This document shows, one piece after another, positions 1 to 11,652 of a stretch of DNA of 64,000 bases. Position numbers and translations under genes: made by a program. Position 1 is the first letter of the stretch; every line of letters starts with the position of its first letter. The DNA is from Malacoraja senta (Eukaryota), in contig JAXLNO010000051.1 in the NCBI GenBank assembly GCA_038087875.1, forward strand, positions 1-64,000, written 5' to 3'. A model generated the notes under the pieces. The model had not been told where the DNA came from and made no database searches. It saw only the letters and a program-made list of their open reading frames with translations.

Positions 1-252
1 GGGAATTGAAGGCAACATCTCCAAGTTTGCCGATGACACTAAGCTGGGGGGCAGTGTTAGCTGTGAGGAGGATGCTAGGAGCCTTCAAGGTGGCTTGGAT
101 AGGCTGGGTGAGTGGGCAAATGTTTGGCAGATGCATTATAATGTGGATAAATGTGAGGTTATCCACTTTGGTGGCAAAAACAGGAAAGTAGACTATTATC
201 TAAATGGTGGCCGATTAGGAAAAGGGGAGATGCAGCGAGACCTGGGTGTCAT
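1..252 (+). mobile_element. CR1 LINE RT fragment (host element A, part 1)
   Basis: Encodes [11 protein letters not shown]...DRLGEWANVWQM...QRDLGV, near-identical to the intact CR1 ORF2; continues colinearly at 5150. Confidence 0.9.
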
Positions 253-344
253 ACATAGATACATAGAAATTAGGTGCAGGAGTAGGCCATTCGGCCCTTC
301 GAGCCTGCACCGCCATTCAATACGATCATGGCTGATCATCCAAC

Positions 345-3300
345 TCAGTATCCCGTACCTGCCTTTTCTCCATACCCCCTGATCCCTTTAGCCACAAGGG
401 CCACATCTAATTCCCTCTTAAATATAGCCAATGAACTGGCCTCAACTACCCTCTGTGGCAGAGAGTTCCAGAGATTCACCACTCTCTGTGTGAAAAAGTT
501 TTTCCTCATCTCGGTCTTAAAGGATTTTCCCCTTATCCTTAAGCTGTGACCCCTTGTCCTGGACTTCCCCAACATCGGGAACAATCTTCCTGCATCTAGC
601 CTGTCCAACCCCATAAGAATCTTGTACGTTTCTATAAGATCCCCTCTCAATCTCCTAAATTCTAGCGAGTATAAGCCAAGTCTATCCAGTCTTTCTTCAT
701 ATGAAAGTCCTGACATCCCAGGAATCAGTCTGGTGAACCTTCTCTGCACTCCCTCTATGGCTATAATGTCCTTCCTCAGATTTGGAGACCAAAACTGTAC
801 GCAATACTCCAGGTGTGGTCTCACCAAGACCCTGTACAACTGCAGTAGAACCTCACTGCTCCTATACTCAAATCCTCTTGCTATGAAGGCCAACATACCA
901 TTCGCTTTCTTCACTGCCTGCTGCACCTGCATGCCTACTTTCAATGACTGGTGTACCATGACACCCAGGTCTCGCTGCATCTCCCCATTTCCTAATCGGC
1001 CACCATTTAGATAATAGTCTGCCTTCCCGTTTTTGCTACCAAAGTGGATAACCTCACATTTATCCACATTATACTGCATCTGCCAAACATTTGCCCACTC
1101 ACCCAGCCTATCCAAGTCACCTTGCAGTCTCCTAGCATCCTCCTCACAGCTAACACTGCCCCCCAGCTTAGTGTCATCCGCAAACTTGGAGATGTTGCTT
1201 TCAATTCCCTCGTCCAGATCATTAATATAAATTGTAAATAGCTGGGGTCCCAGCACTGAGCCTTGTGGTACCCCACTAGTCACTGCCTGCCATTGTGAAA
1301 AGGACCCATTTACTCCTACTCTTTGCTTCCTGTTTGCCAGCCAGTTCTCTATCCACATCAATACTGAACCCCCAATACCGTGTGATTTAAGTTTGTATCC
1401 TAATCTCTTATGTGGTACCTTGTCGAAAGCCTTCTGAAAGTCCAGATACAACACATCCACTGGTTCTCCCCTATCCACTCTACTAGTTACATCCTCGAAA
1501 AATTCTATAAGATTCGTCAGACACGATTTACCTTTCGTAAATCCATGCTGACTTTGTCCAATGATTTCACCACTTTCCAAATGTGCTGCTATCCCATCTT
1601 TAATAACTGACTCTAGCAGTTTCCCCACTACCGATGTTAGACTAACTGGTCTGTAATTCCCCGTTTTCTCTCTCCCTCCCTTCTTAAAAAGTGGGGTTAC
1701 GTTTGCTACCCTCCAATCCTCAGGAACTACTCCAGAATCTAAAGAGTTTTGAAAAATTATCACTAATGCATCCACTATTTCTGGAGCTACTTCCTTAAGT
1801 ACTCTGGGATGCAGCCTATCTGGCCCTGGTGATTTATCGGCCTTTAATCCATTCAATTTACCCAACACCACTTCCCGACTAACCTGGATTTCACTCAGTT
1901 CCTCCATCTCCTTTGACCCGCGGCCCCCTGCTATTTCCGGCAGATTATTTATGTCTTCCTTAGTGAAGACGGAACCAAAGTAGTTATTCAATTGGTCTGC
2001 CATATCCTTGTTCCCCATGATCAATTCACCTGTTTCTGACTGCAAGGGACCTACATTTGATTTAACTAATCTCTTTCTCTTCACATATCTATAAAAACTT
2101 TTGCAGTCAGTTTTTATGTTCCCTGCCAGTTTCCTTTCATAATCTATTTTCCCTTTCCTAATTAAGCCCTTTGTCCTCCTCTGCTGGTCTCTGAATTTCT
2201 CCCAGTCCTCTGGTATGCTGCTTTTTCTGGCTAATTTGTACGCATCATCTTTTGCTTTGATACTATCCCTGATTTCCCTTGTTATCCACGGATGCACTAC
2301 CTTCCTTGATTTATTCTTTTGCCAAACTGGGATGAACAATTTTTGTAGTTCATCCATGCAGTCTTTAAATGCCTTCCATTGCATATCCACCGTCAACCCT
2401 TTTAGAACTAATTGCCAGTCAATCTTGGCCAATTCATGTCTCATACCCGCAAAGTTACCTTTCTTTAAGTTCAGAACCGTTGTTTCTGAATTAACAATGT
2501 CACTCTCCATCCTAATGAAGAACTCAACCATATTATGATCACTCTTGCCCAAGGGGGCACGCACAACAAGTCTGCTAACTAACCCTTCCTCATTACTCAA
2601 TACCCAGTCTAGAATAGCCTGCTCTCTCGTTGGTTCCTCTACATGTTGGTTTAGATAACTATCCCTCATACATTCCAAGAAATCCTCTTCCTCAGCACCC
2701 CTGCCAATTTGATTCACCCAATCTATATGTAGATTGAAGTCACCCATTATAACTGTTTTGCCTTTGTTGCACGCATTTCTAATTTCCTGTTTGATGCCAT
2801 CCCCAACTTCACTACTACTGCTAGGTGGCCTGTACACAACGCCCACCAGCGTTTTCTGCCCCTTAGTGTTTCGCAGCTCTACCCATACCGATTCCACATC
2901 CTCCAAGCTAATGTCCTTCCTTTCCACTGCGTTAATCTCCTCTCTAACCAGCAACGCCACCCCACCTCCTTTTCCTTTCTCTCTATCCCTCCTGAATATT
3001 GAATATCCCTGGATGTTCAGCTCCCAGCCTTGGTCACCTTGGAGCCATGTCTCCGTGATCCCAACTATATCATAATCATTGATTGCTATCTGCACGTTCA
3101 ACTCATCCACCTTATTACGAATGCTCCTTGAATTGAGACACAAAGCCTTCAGGCTTGTTTTTACAACACTCTTACCCCTTATACAATTATGTTGAAAAGT
3201 GGCTCTTTTTGATTTTTGTCCTGGATTTGTCTGCCTGCCACTTTTACCTTTCACCTTGCTACCTATTGCTTCCGCCCGCATTTTACACCCCTCTGTTTCT

Positions 3301-3644
3301 CTGCTCACCCATTTAAGAACCCCACCACCTCTTATTCTCTGTTTATTATTGTTTTCTTCTTTCCCCCCTACATGTTGGGTCTGAGTGCTTTCCTTCTCTG
3401 CCTCCTGCCTCACACACTGTCTAATAGCATTCTCTATTTGAGTCCCTCCCCCCAACCATTCTAGTTTAAAGTCTCCCCAGTAGCCTTTGCAGATCTCCCC
3501 GCCAGGATATCGGTCCCCCTCAGGTTCAAGTGCAACCCATCCTTTTTGTACAGGTCGAACCTTCCACAAAAGAAGTCCCAATGATCCAGAAATTTGAATC
3601 CCTGCCTTCTGCACCAGTCCATCAGCCACGCATTTATCCTCCAC
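345..3644 (-). CDS. CR1 ORF2: apurinic endonuclease + reverse transcriptase (true start uncertain)
   Basis: 1099-codon open frame; APE motifs GITETWL, GVVYRPP, MGDFN, SDHNMV; RT motifs [29 protein letters not shown]. Confidence 0.93.
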   Translation of the reverse strand: MEDKCVADGLVQKAGIQISGSLGLLLWKVRPVQKGWVALEPEGDRYPGGEICKGYWGDFKLEWLGGGTQIENAIRQCVRQEAEKESTQTQHVGGKEENNNKQRIRGGGVLKWVSRETEGCKMRAEAIGSKVKGKSGRQTNPGQKSKRATFQHNCIRGKSVVKTSLKALCLNSRSIRNKVDELNVQIAINDYDIVGITETWLQGDQGWELNIQGYSIFRRDREKGKGGGVALLVREEINAVERKDISLEDVESVWVELRNTKGQKTLVGVVYRPPSSSSEVGDGIKQEIRNACNKGKTVIMGDFNLHIDWVNQIGRGAEEEDFLECMRDSYLNQHVEEPTREQAILDWVLSNEEGLVSRLVVRAPLGKSDHNMVEFFIRMESDIVNSETTVLNLKKGNFAGMRHELAKIDWQLVLKGLTVDMQWKAFKDCMDELQKLFIPVWQKNKSRKVVHPWITREIRDSIKAKDDAYKLARKSSIPEDWEKFRDQQRRTKGLIRKGKIDYERKLAGNIKTDCKSFYRYVKRKRLVKSNVGPLQSETGELIMGNKDMADQLNNYFGSVFTKEDINNLPEIAGGRGSKEMEELSEIQVSREVVLGKLNGLKADKSPGPDRLHPRVLKEVAPEIVDALVIIFQNSLDSGVVPEDWRVANVTPLFKKGGREKTGNYRPVSLTSVVGKLLESVIKDGIAAHLESGEIIGQSQHGFTKGKSCLTNLIEFFEDVTSRVDRGEPVDVLYLDFQKAFDKVPHKRLGYKLKSHGIGGSVLMWIENWLANRKQRVGVNGSFSQWQAVTSGVPQGSVLGPQLFTIYINDLDEGIESNISKFADDTKLGGSVSCEEDARRLQGDLDRLGEWANVWQMQYNVDKCEVIHFGSKNGKADYYLNGGRLGNGEMQRDLGVMVHQSLKVGMQVQQAVKKANGMLAFIARGFEYRSSEVLLQLYRVLVRPHLEYCVQFWSPNLRKDIIAIEGVQRRFTRLIPGMSGLSYEERLDRLGLYSLEFRRLRGDLIETYKILMGLDRLDAGRLFPMLGKSRTRGHSLRIRGKSFKTEMRKNFFTQRVVNLWNSLPQRVVEASSLAIFKRELDVALVAKGIRGYGEKAGTGY

Positions 3645-4423
3645 CTCGCTCCATTCCTACTCTCACTGTCGCGTGGTACAGGCAGTAATCCCGAGATTGT
3701 TACCTTTGCTGTCCTTCTCTTTAACTCCCCTCCTAACTCCCTAAATTCTCCTTTCAGGACCTCTTCTCTTTTTTTACCTATGTCATTGGTACCTATATGT
3801 ATCACAACCTCGGGCTCCTCTCCCTGCCCTTTCAGGATGTCTTGGACACGTTGGGACACATCACAGACCCTGGCACCAGGGAGGCAAACTACCATCCGGG
3901 TCTCCCGACTGCGTCCACAGAATCGCCTGTCTGACCCCCTAACTATAGAGTCCCCTATTAATATTGCCCTCCTCTTCTTTTCCTTACCCTTCTGAGCAAC
4001 AGGACCGGTCTCTATACCGGAGGCCCGGCCGCTGTCGCTACCCCCAGGTAGGCTGTCCACCCCAACAGTGCTCAAACAGGAGTACTTATTGTCAAGGTGT
4101 ACAGCCACCGGGGTACTCTCTAGTCCCTGCCTGTGCCCCTTGCCTCTCCCAACCGTGATCCACTTGCCTGCCTCCTGTGGTGTTGGTGTGACCACATCCC
4201 TGTAACTCCTCTCAATGACTTCCTCGCTCTCCCTGACCAGACGGAGGTCATCGAGCTGCTGCTCCAGGTTCCTAATACGGTCCATTAGGAGCCCCATCTC
4301 GATACACCTGGCGCAGATGTGGACATCTGGAGGGCTAACAGACTCCATGACTTCCCACATCTGACATCCAGAACAGTAAACTGCCCTGGCCGTCATACTC
4401 CCCTTACCCTGGATAGAATACAA
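3461..4423 (-). CDS. CR1 ORF1: Cys-rich N-terminus, coiled coil, SGNH/GDSL esterase domain
   Basis: CSGC..HICARC; ILIGDSIVRG, HIGTND, DGLHLN esterase blocks typical of CR1 ORF1. Confidence 0.9.
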   Translation of the reverse strand: MYSIQGKGSMTARAVYCSGCQMWEVMESVSPPDVHICARCIEMGLLMDRIRNLEQQLDDLRLVRESEEVIERSYRDVVTPTPQEAGKWITVGRGKGHRQGLESTPVAVHLDNKYSCLSTVGVDSLPGGSDSGRASGIETGPVAQKGKEKKRRAILIGDSIVRGSDRRFCGRSRETRMVVCLPGARVCDVSQRVQDILKGQGEEPEVVIHIGTNDIGKKREEVLKGEFRELGGELKRRTAKVTISGLLPVPRDSESRNGARWRINAWLMDWCRRQGFKFLDHWDFFCGRFDLYKKDGLHLNLRGTDILAGRSAKATGETLN

Positions 4424-4502
4424 AACAAACTGCTACAATACAAAACAAACTGCTACAATACAAAACAAGCTGCTACAATACAAAACAAACTGCTACAATA
4501 CA
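4418..4502. repeat. ~20-bp tandem repeat (ATACAAAACAAACTGCTACA) x4 in CR1 5' region
   Basis: Directly visible repeats. Confidence 0.85.
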
Positions 4503-4618
4503 GTACAATCAGCAGGGATCTGACTCCCAATCAGCTGCTCTCTCTTATCTGCGTCCACCAATCAGCGGCTTCCTCAAACCCACTTGTTTTTGAAGTGGAA
4601 CGTTGCCGATTTGGGTTC

Positions 4619-5142
4619 CTTTTTAAGTCCTACCGCTCGGTTGTAGCTCCTCCCTCAGCGACCTCTCCAACGGCTTTCGGACCTCTGTAAGGAACAAGCC
4701 CCCGCGCTCCTTTTTAAGTCCTACCGCTCGGTTGTAGCTCCTCCCTCAGCGACCTCTCCAACGGCTTTCGGACCTCTGTAAGGAACAAGCCCCCGCGCTC
4801 CTTTTTAAGTCCTACCGCTCGGTTGTAGCTCCTCCCTCAGCGACCTCTCCAACGGCTTTCGGACCTCTGTAAGGAACAAGCCCCCGCGCTCCTTTTTAAG
4901 TCCTACCGCTCGGTTGTAGCTCCTCCCTCAGCGACCTCTCCAACGGCTTTCGGACCTCTGTAAGGAACAAGCCCCCGCGCTCCTTTTTAAGTCCTACCGC
5001 TCGGTTGTAGCTCCTCCCTCAGCGACCTCTCCAACGGCTTTCGGACCTCTGTAAGGAACAAGCCCCCGCGCTCCTTTTTAAGTCCTACCGCTCGGTTGTA
5101 GCTCCTCCCTCAGCGATCTCTCCAACGGCTTTCGGACCTCTG
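4619..5142. repeat. 91-bp tandem repeat, ~5.75 near-perfect copies, forming the CR1 5' end
   Basis: Unit starts CTTTTTAAGTCCTACCG at 4619, 4710, 4801, 4892, 4983, 5074. Confidence 0.95.
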
Positions 5143-5149
5143 AACACCA

Positions 5150-5443
5150 GTCATGGTACACCAGTCATTGAAAGTAGGCATGCAGGTGCAGCAGGCAGTG
5201 AACAAAGCAAATGGTATGTTAGCTTTCATAGCAAAAGGATTTGAGTATAGGAGCAGGGAGGTTCTACTGCAGTTGTACAGGTTCTTGGTGAGACCACACC
5301 TGGAGTATTGCATACAGTTTTGGTCTCCAAATCTGAGGAAGGACATTATAGCCATAGAGGGAGTGCAGAGAAGGTTCACCAGACTGATTCCTGGGATGTC
5401 AGGCCTTTCATATGAAGAAAGACTGGATAGCCTTGGCTTACAC
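5150..5443 (+). mobile_element. CR1 host element A, part 2
   Basis: MVHQSLKVGMQVQQAV...LSYEERLD continues part 1. Confidence 0.9.
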
Positions 5444-5579
5444 CGACTTCCGGTGGTGCTATGGAGTAGGAGAGACTCGCGCCGACTAGCTCCGGGAAAA
5501 AAACGTTGAAAACGGGGGAAAACGGCACCGAGTGTTTGCAACAGGTCCGTGACGTCATCAGGCGCGCGACACCGACAGC

Positions 5580-6591
5580 ATGTCGATTCAACATACCCCC
5601 CCCAAGACGAGAAAAACCGGCAAGGGAAAAGAGGTAGGCCCAACTGAAGCCTCGGGCATCCCAAGAAGATATCTCAAGGAAGAAAAAAACAGATGTGGAA
5701 GAATTAAGAACCTTCCTGACACAGGAAATCTCTAATATTATGAAAGAATTTAAAAATCTTAAACAGGAGCTGAAATCTTTAAAAGATGAAATTAAAGAAC
5801 AAATTAAAGATGAGGTTACAGCTTCTGTGCATGAAGTTCTGGAAGACTGGAAATTAACCATGGAAGAAAATATGCATCAAAATACTGAAGAAGTATATGA
5901 TAAACTGAATTCGATGGAATCCAGATTTGATGCTAAGTTGGAGCCGATCCTCCAGACTTTAAATCAACACCACGAGGCTGTAAAGGAATTGGAGGAAATT
6001 GCTGAGACGGGCACCGAAACAACAAATAAACTTATTGCCGAGACCAAACACCTATCGAAGTTATTACATCAAATAACCGAAAAATGTATTGACTTGGAGG
6101 GACGACAGTGACGTCAGAATTTAAGAATCGTAGGCGTCCAGGAAGGCAGAGAGGGGAATCGTGACCCTCGCGAATTTGCTGCAGATCTGCTGAAAAAAGT
6201 CTTGAAACTGGATCAAGCACCGTTAATTGCCCGAGCGCACAGAGTATCAAGACGTCGCCCAGGGGTGGGCGCCCCCCCAAGACAACTGATAGTGAAGGTG
6301 CAATATGACCATGTTTTGGATGATATGATGAAGATAATTGTTCAAAGCAGAAACCTTGCATTTGAAGGAGACAAGATAAGCATATTTAGTGATTATCCTG
6401 TGGAAGTCGCCAAGAAGAGAGCGCTGTTTACAGAAACAAGAAGAATATTTAAGAATATAAACAATTTGAGATATGAACTGTTATATCCCGCAACATTAAG
6501 AGTGACCTATGAGCGGAAGGAACATTTCTTCGTCAAGCATACAGAGGCACTTGAATTTGCCCAGAGCATCGTGAATAAGACCGAAGATTGA
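5580..6591 (+). pseudogene. L1-type ORF1 (coiled coil, RRM, CTD) with one frameshift and a TGA stop at 6109
   Basis: MSIQHTPP start shared with the intact ORF1 at 14962; DLEGRQ*RQNLRIVGV, RAHRV, ISIFSDYP, LLYPATLRV. Confidence 0.88.
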
Positions 6592-7537
6592 ATAATATTC
6601 TACACCCAACATTCACCTGAAGACAGTGGAAACTGTTATCCTGCAGAGAAGAGATGGAACTTTAAACTATAATTTTTAAGAACTGTCCCCATTCTTCTTG
6701 CAGATTTTGTCCAAGATCTGCGGGAAGAATTGGGCAATTATCTCGCTACCGATACATAAAATTTACATTTTAGTACTAATTTCTAACAATTAATTCTAAT
6801 CACGAATACTAATCAATACTAATTATTGTTAACTGGACCAACTTAGAATTGATTAAAAGTATGAAATATAAGTAAAGTGTGATCCAAGTAATTAATTAAT
6901 AAAATATACGAAGTTTTGTCCTTGCTATTTTCGATATTTGGATATTTTGGACTTTGATTACTCTTTAACAATGTTTTTGATTACTCTTTAATAATGTTTT
7001 TTGATTACTCTTTAACAGTGTCTTCCCCTTTTTTAAATTTTTTTTAAATTTAAACAAAAGAGGAAAAATATTTTTAGCTTGCTATATGATACTAACATTT
7101 TAATTGGAGACTAACAAATACTTCAATTATGGAATAAAACTATTGTTTCCCTCCCCCCCCTAAATTGTTTTCATTGTAATTGAAACTTTTCTTTTAAGGA
7201 AAGTACGGAGCTAGAAATATTTTTTTTTTAACAAAAGCTACGGAAGTCTTTAGATGTTTAGCCACACTAGGGTGGCTATCACTAACTGCACTAATCATAG
7301 TTGTAGTTTTCTTCTTTTTCTACTTTTTACACGTTACTAATACAACATTTTATTACCTTTTCTATCTTATGTTATATTATATTTTGTATTTGGAATGGAA
7401 TTATATGTTTTATTTAAGGAGATATGTCCGGATGAAAAACCGACGAGACTTAGAATTCATCTACCTGAGGTTCAAGTATAAGGTAGGGTTTAGTGCGCTG
7501 AGCCAGCTGCTCCAACATAGATCACTTTAATCACAAG

Positions 7538-10500
7538 ATGCAAGACGTTAATATGAAAATTGGGGGTGAAGCAATTAAATTCTGTAGCTGGAATGTTAAG
7601 GGAATTAATGAACCAATCAAGAGAGGTAAAGTATTAGCCTATTTAAAATCACTTAAAGCAGATGTAATATTTCTCCAGGAAACACATCTTAAAAAGGAAG
7701 CACAACAGATTGAAAGCCAATTGGATTGCTAAAACGTATCATTCTTCATTTTCACATAAATCTAGAGGGGTTGCAATATTAATTCGTAAAGGTATACACT
7801 TTAAACATATATCAACGACAGAAGATATTGAAGGCAGATATATTGTATTAGTAGGGGAGTTATACTCATAAAAAGTGACTCTCCTTAATGTGTATGGACC
7901 AAATTTTGATAGCCCCCTGTTCTTTAAGAGAATACTTAACATTATCCCGGAATGTACACAACATAACTTAATTATCGGTAGAGACTTAAATTGTACACTG
8001 GATGCTTACTTGGATAGATCATCAAGTCAAAGAAAATTAAAATCTCAGTCGGGAATTTCTAAATTCATATATTAATACTACCAACATTAAGGATGTTTGG
8101 AGAATTGAAAACCCATCTGGTCGAGAATACTCATTCTACTCACTCATGCATAAAACTTACTCAAGGATAGACTATTTCTTAGTAGACTCTAAACTTATCC
8201 CATTTACCTATAATTCGCAATATCATAATATTATAATATCGGACCATGCTCCACTAACATTTATGATTAAACTAAACGGAATGACCGAGACAAAGACACA
8301 ATGGAGACTTAACCCCCAAATCTTGAAAGAAAAGCTATGTAATGAATACCTCGTAAAACAGATTAATATGTTTTTCGAGGCTAATGACAGCCCTGGAATC
8401 TCCGCCTCCCTTCTTTGGGAAACATTTAAAGCATTTGAGCAAGGAGCATTAATCTCCTCCCAATCATTTATTAACAAAGAGAATAGGGCCAAACAACAGT
8501 CTTTGGAAATGGAAATAAGGCAATTAGACATAGAAAATGCAATAGCACCATCTATGGTAAAACACAATAAAATTGCAGTACTGAAATATAAGTTAAACAA
8601 GATATACTCAGACCAAGTAATAAAACTATATCAACGTACAAAACAATTACATTTTGAATTTGGAGATAAACCACAAAAACTATTGGCGCGTCAACTTCGT
8701 AAACAGGACGGGGAAAAACAATTTACAAAATTAGATCAGATAAGGGAGAAACATTAACACTACCTAAAGATATTAATGATAGATTTTTACAATATTATCA
8801 AAAATTGTATTCATCTAAAACGACAGAACAACCAGTAGGAATGGAAATATTTCTACAGAAATGTAATCTTACAGGTCTAGATCAGAAAGAGAGAGAATCA
8901 CTAGATGTAGAAATTACGGTAAAAGACATCGAGGAGTCAATTAGATCTTTAAAAAATGGAAAGGCCGCAGGTCCTGATGGTCTAAGCTCTGAATTTTATT
9001 TTAAAAATTACGATCCGATTTCTCCACGTCTACAGAGACTTTACAAACAAGCTTATACTCAACAGAAACTTCCAGAAACTCTAAATGAATCTACAATCAT
9101 ACTTATACCGAAACCGGATAAGGACCCTGAAGACCCAGGTTCATATAGAGCAATAGCTCTCTTAAATATTGATCAGAAAATATTAACCAAAATCCTATCT
9201 CATAGATTGAGCTTAGTGATTAACAAATTAATACACCCGGACCAAACAGGTTTTATTCCAAAATGGTTACTCATTTTATAATTTGAGAAGACTATTCAAT
9301 ATTATATATACAAATAGAATTCCAAATGCAGATCTAGCAATTATTTCGTTAGATGCTGAAAAGGCATTTGACCAGGTAGAATGGACATATTTATTTTCGG
9401 TAATGAAAACATTTCAATTGGGAGAGAAGTACTGTACATGGGTTAAATTGTTATACTTTAATCCAACAGCTAGTATATTAACAAATCAAATGTTACCAGC
9501 CAAATTTAATCTTTCTAGAGGTTGTAGACAAGGATGTTCACTATCCCCACTATTATTTGCTCTTGCAATTGAACCATTAGCAGAAAGCGTTAGAAACCAT
9601 CCAGGAATACATGGATACAACACTAGAGATACAAGGAATACAATGTCCTTATATGCAGATGATGTATTAATATATATTACAAAGTTAGAAACTAGTATTC
9701 CAAATCTATTAAATCTAATAACACAATTTGGTCAGTTCTCAGGATATAGGATTAATTGGAATAAAAGTGAAATCATGCCAATAACAAAATTCAACTTAAA
9801 TACAATACAACAATCCCCTTTTAAAATAGTTAAAGATAAACTTAAATATTTAGGAATCTATGTAACTAAGACATATACCTCTTTATTTAAACAAAATTTT
9901 CCATCCTTACTCAATAAATTACACAAACATATTCAGTACTGGAAAATACTTCCTATTTCAATGCTTCGTAGAATTAATGCTATAAAATGATTTTCTTACC
10001 GCAACTACTACATTTATTTCAATTAATTCCGATATATATTCCAAAAAACGTTTTCAAAAAAGTCGACTCCATTGTTACAAGCTTTATTTGGGATTATAGG
10101 AATCATAGAATAAGTAAAAAAACATTTATGTAAGTCAAAGAGCAACGGAGGTTTGGCCTTGCCAAATTTCTTATTTTATTTTTGGGCAGTCCATATTAAA
10201 AACATGAATTTCTGGCTGGAAGAAATGGACCAACAAGCAGAATGGTTAAGGATGGAAAAGGAAGACTGTTTACCTTTTGAAATAGGTTCGATTATATTTG
10301 CTACCACAAAATTGCATTAAAAAACCTATAAGGAAAACCCTATAATACATAGTGGAATACGAATTTGGAAACAATTAAAAAAGGCTTTAAAACTGAATAA
10401 TATACCACTATGCCTTCCCATTGTAAATAATCCTCTATTCAAGCCATCCATATTGGATAGAGGTTTTATACAATGGAAAAATTATGGAATTAAAAGGATT

Positions 10501-11322
10501 GGACATCTTTATAGGGAAGGCATCTTTCTGTCATTTCAAGAGTTACAACAGAATCATGGACAACACTCAAATAATTTTTTCAGATATTTACAAATTAGAG
10601 ATTATGTTAAATCCAATACACAAGTTTATAGGACTAGGGAACCAGAAATTCTTGATGAATGTTTGAATAAGCATCCTAACACTGAAAAATTAATAGCTTA
10701 TATTTATAACATTCTCCTAAATAACGAGGTACCACCGATGGAACTATATAGACATAAATGGGAAAATGAGTTAGGTTATCCTATTACGAAAGATATTTGG
10801 GACGAAAGTTTACAACATATACATCAATGTTCGTTAAATGCCAGACATGCTTTAATACAATTTAAAGTCTTACACAGATTACATTACTCCAAAATAAAAC
10901 TAAATAGAATTTTCCCACATATCTCTCCTATATGTGATAAATGCCTGCATCTAGAGGCCAATTTAACACATACCTTTGCAAATTGTATAAAAATTAAAAA
11001 TTACTGGACTGATATTTTTCAAATAATTTCTGAAGTTGTTAATACCAAATTGGCTCCAGACTCAAAATTAATAATACTTGGGATATCAGAACAAAGTTTA
11101 ACACTCACAACAAGCCAAAGAAACTTCCTTGACTACAGTATAATAACTGGGAAAAAATTAATATTAAAATTCTGGAAAGGCCCTACAACCCCCACAATTA
11201 AAATGTGGATTGTGGAAATGTCGGAGACCCTACATCTAGAAAGAATTAGACTTGTCTTAATGGACAAGCAAGAACTTTTTGTTAAAATATGGGCTCCATT
11301 CATTGCCTATTTGAGGGGATAG
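7538..11322 (+). pseudogene. L1-type ORF2 (APE-RT-CCHC), disrupted
   Basis: SWNVKGIN, FLQETHL, SRIDYF, SDHAP, SLDAEKAFD, RQGCSLSP, LYADD, CDKC..HTF..C across several frames. Confidence 0.9.
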
Positions 11323-11652
11323 AGTGGCCCAGCGCGAAAGCCCGACTGAAGCTTGAACTCAGGATTAGATGTAATTATATTTCATAACCTACGAACTTAT
11401 CTCCTATGACGTATTATAAGTAATTCATTCCACCTCTTTTTCTTTTTTGATATTGTAATTCTTCTTTCTCTCTATTTTTCTTTTTCTATCTATATAAAGA
11501 AAAACACTAGAAGCAGAATTAACTGACAATTGACAAATTTAATAATGTATGAGTGATTGATGTATATGAAAAGTTTTTTCTTCTCCTATTATAATATGTT
11601 ACTCTACATTATAATATGTTTGCTTCTAATACAAATTTATATCATAAAAAAA

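Larger units (their letters stand above)
253..5142 (-). mobile_element. Full-length CR1 LINE with two open ORFs, inserted antisense in another CR1
   Basis: 5' tandem repeats, ORF1, ORF2, short 3'UTR and (CTATGTAT)-type tail at 253-268; host GTCAT present at 248-252 and 5150-5154. Confidence 0.92.
5445..11652 (+). mobile_element. Near full-length degraded L1-clade LINE (copy 1)
   Basis: Starts GACTTCCGGTGG; ORF1, AT-rich spacer, ORF2, A-tail; imperfect TSD AGCCTTGGCTTACAC (5429-5443) / AGACTTGGCTTATAC (11653-11667). Confidence 0.9.

Noticed and set aside
622..3075. Plus-strand ORFs over the CR1
   Set aside because: Antisense frames of ORF2 that recur in every CR1 copy, with no recognisable domains
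4619..5142. CRISPR array or RNA gene cluster
   Set aside because: Contiguous identical units without spacers; part of the CR1 5' end
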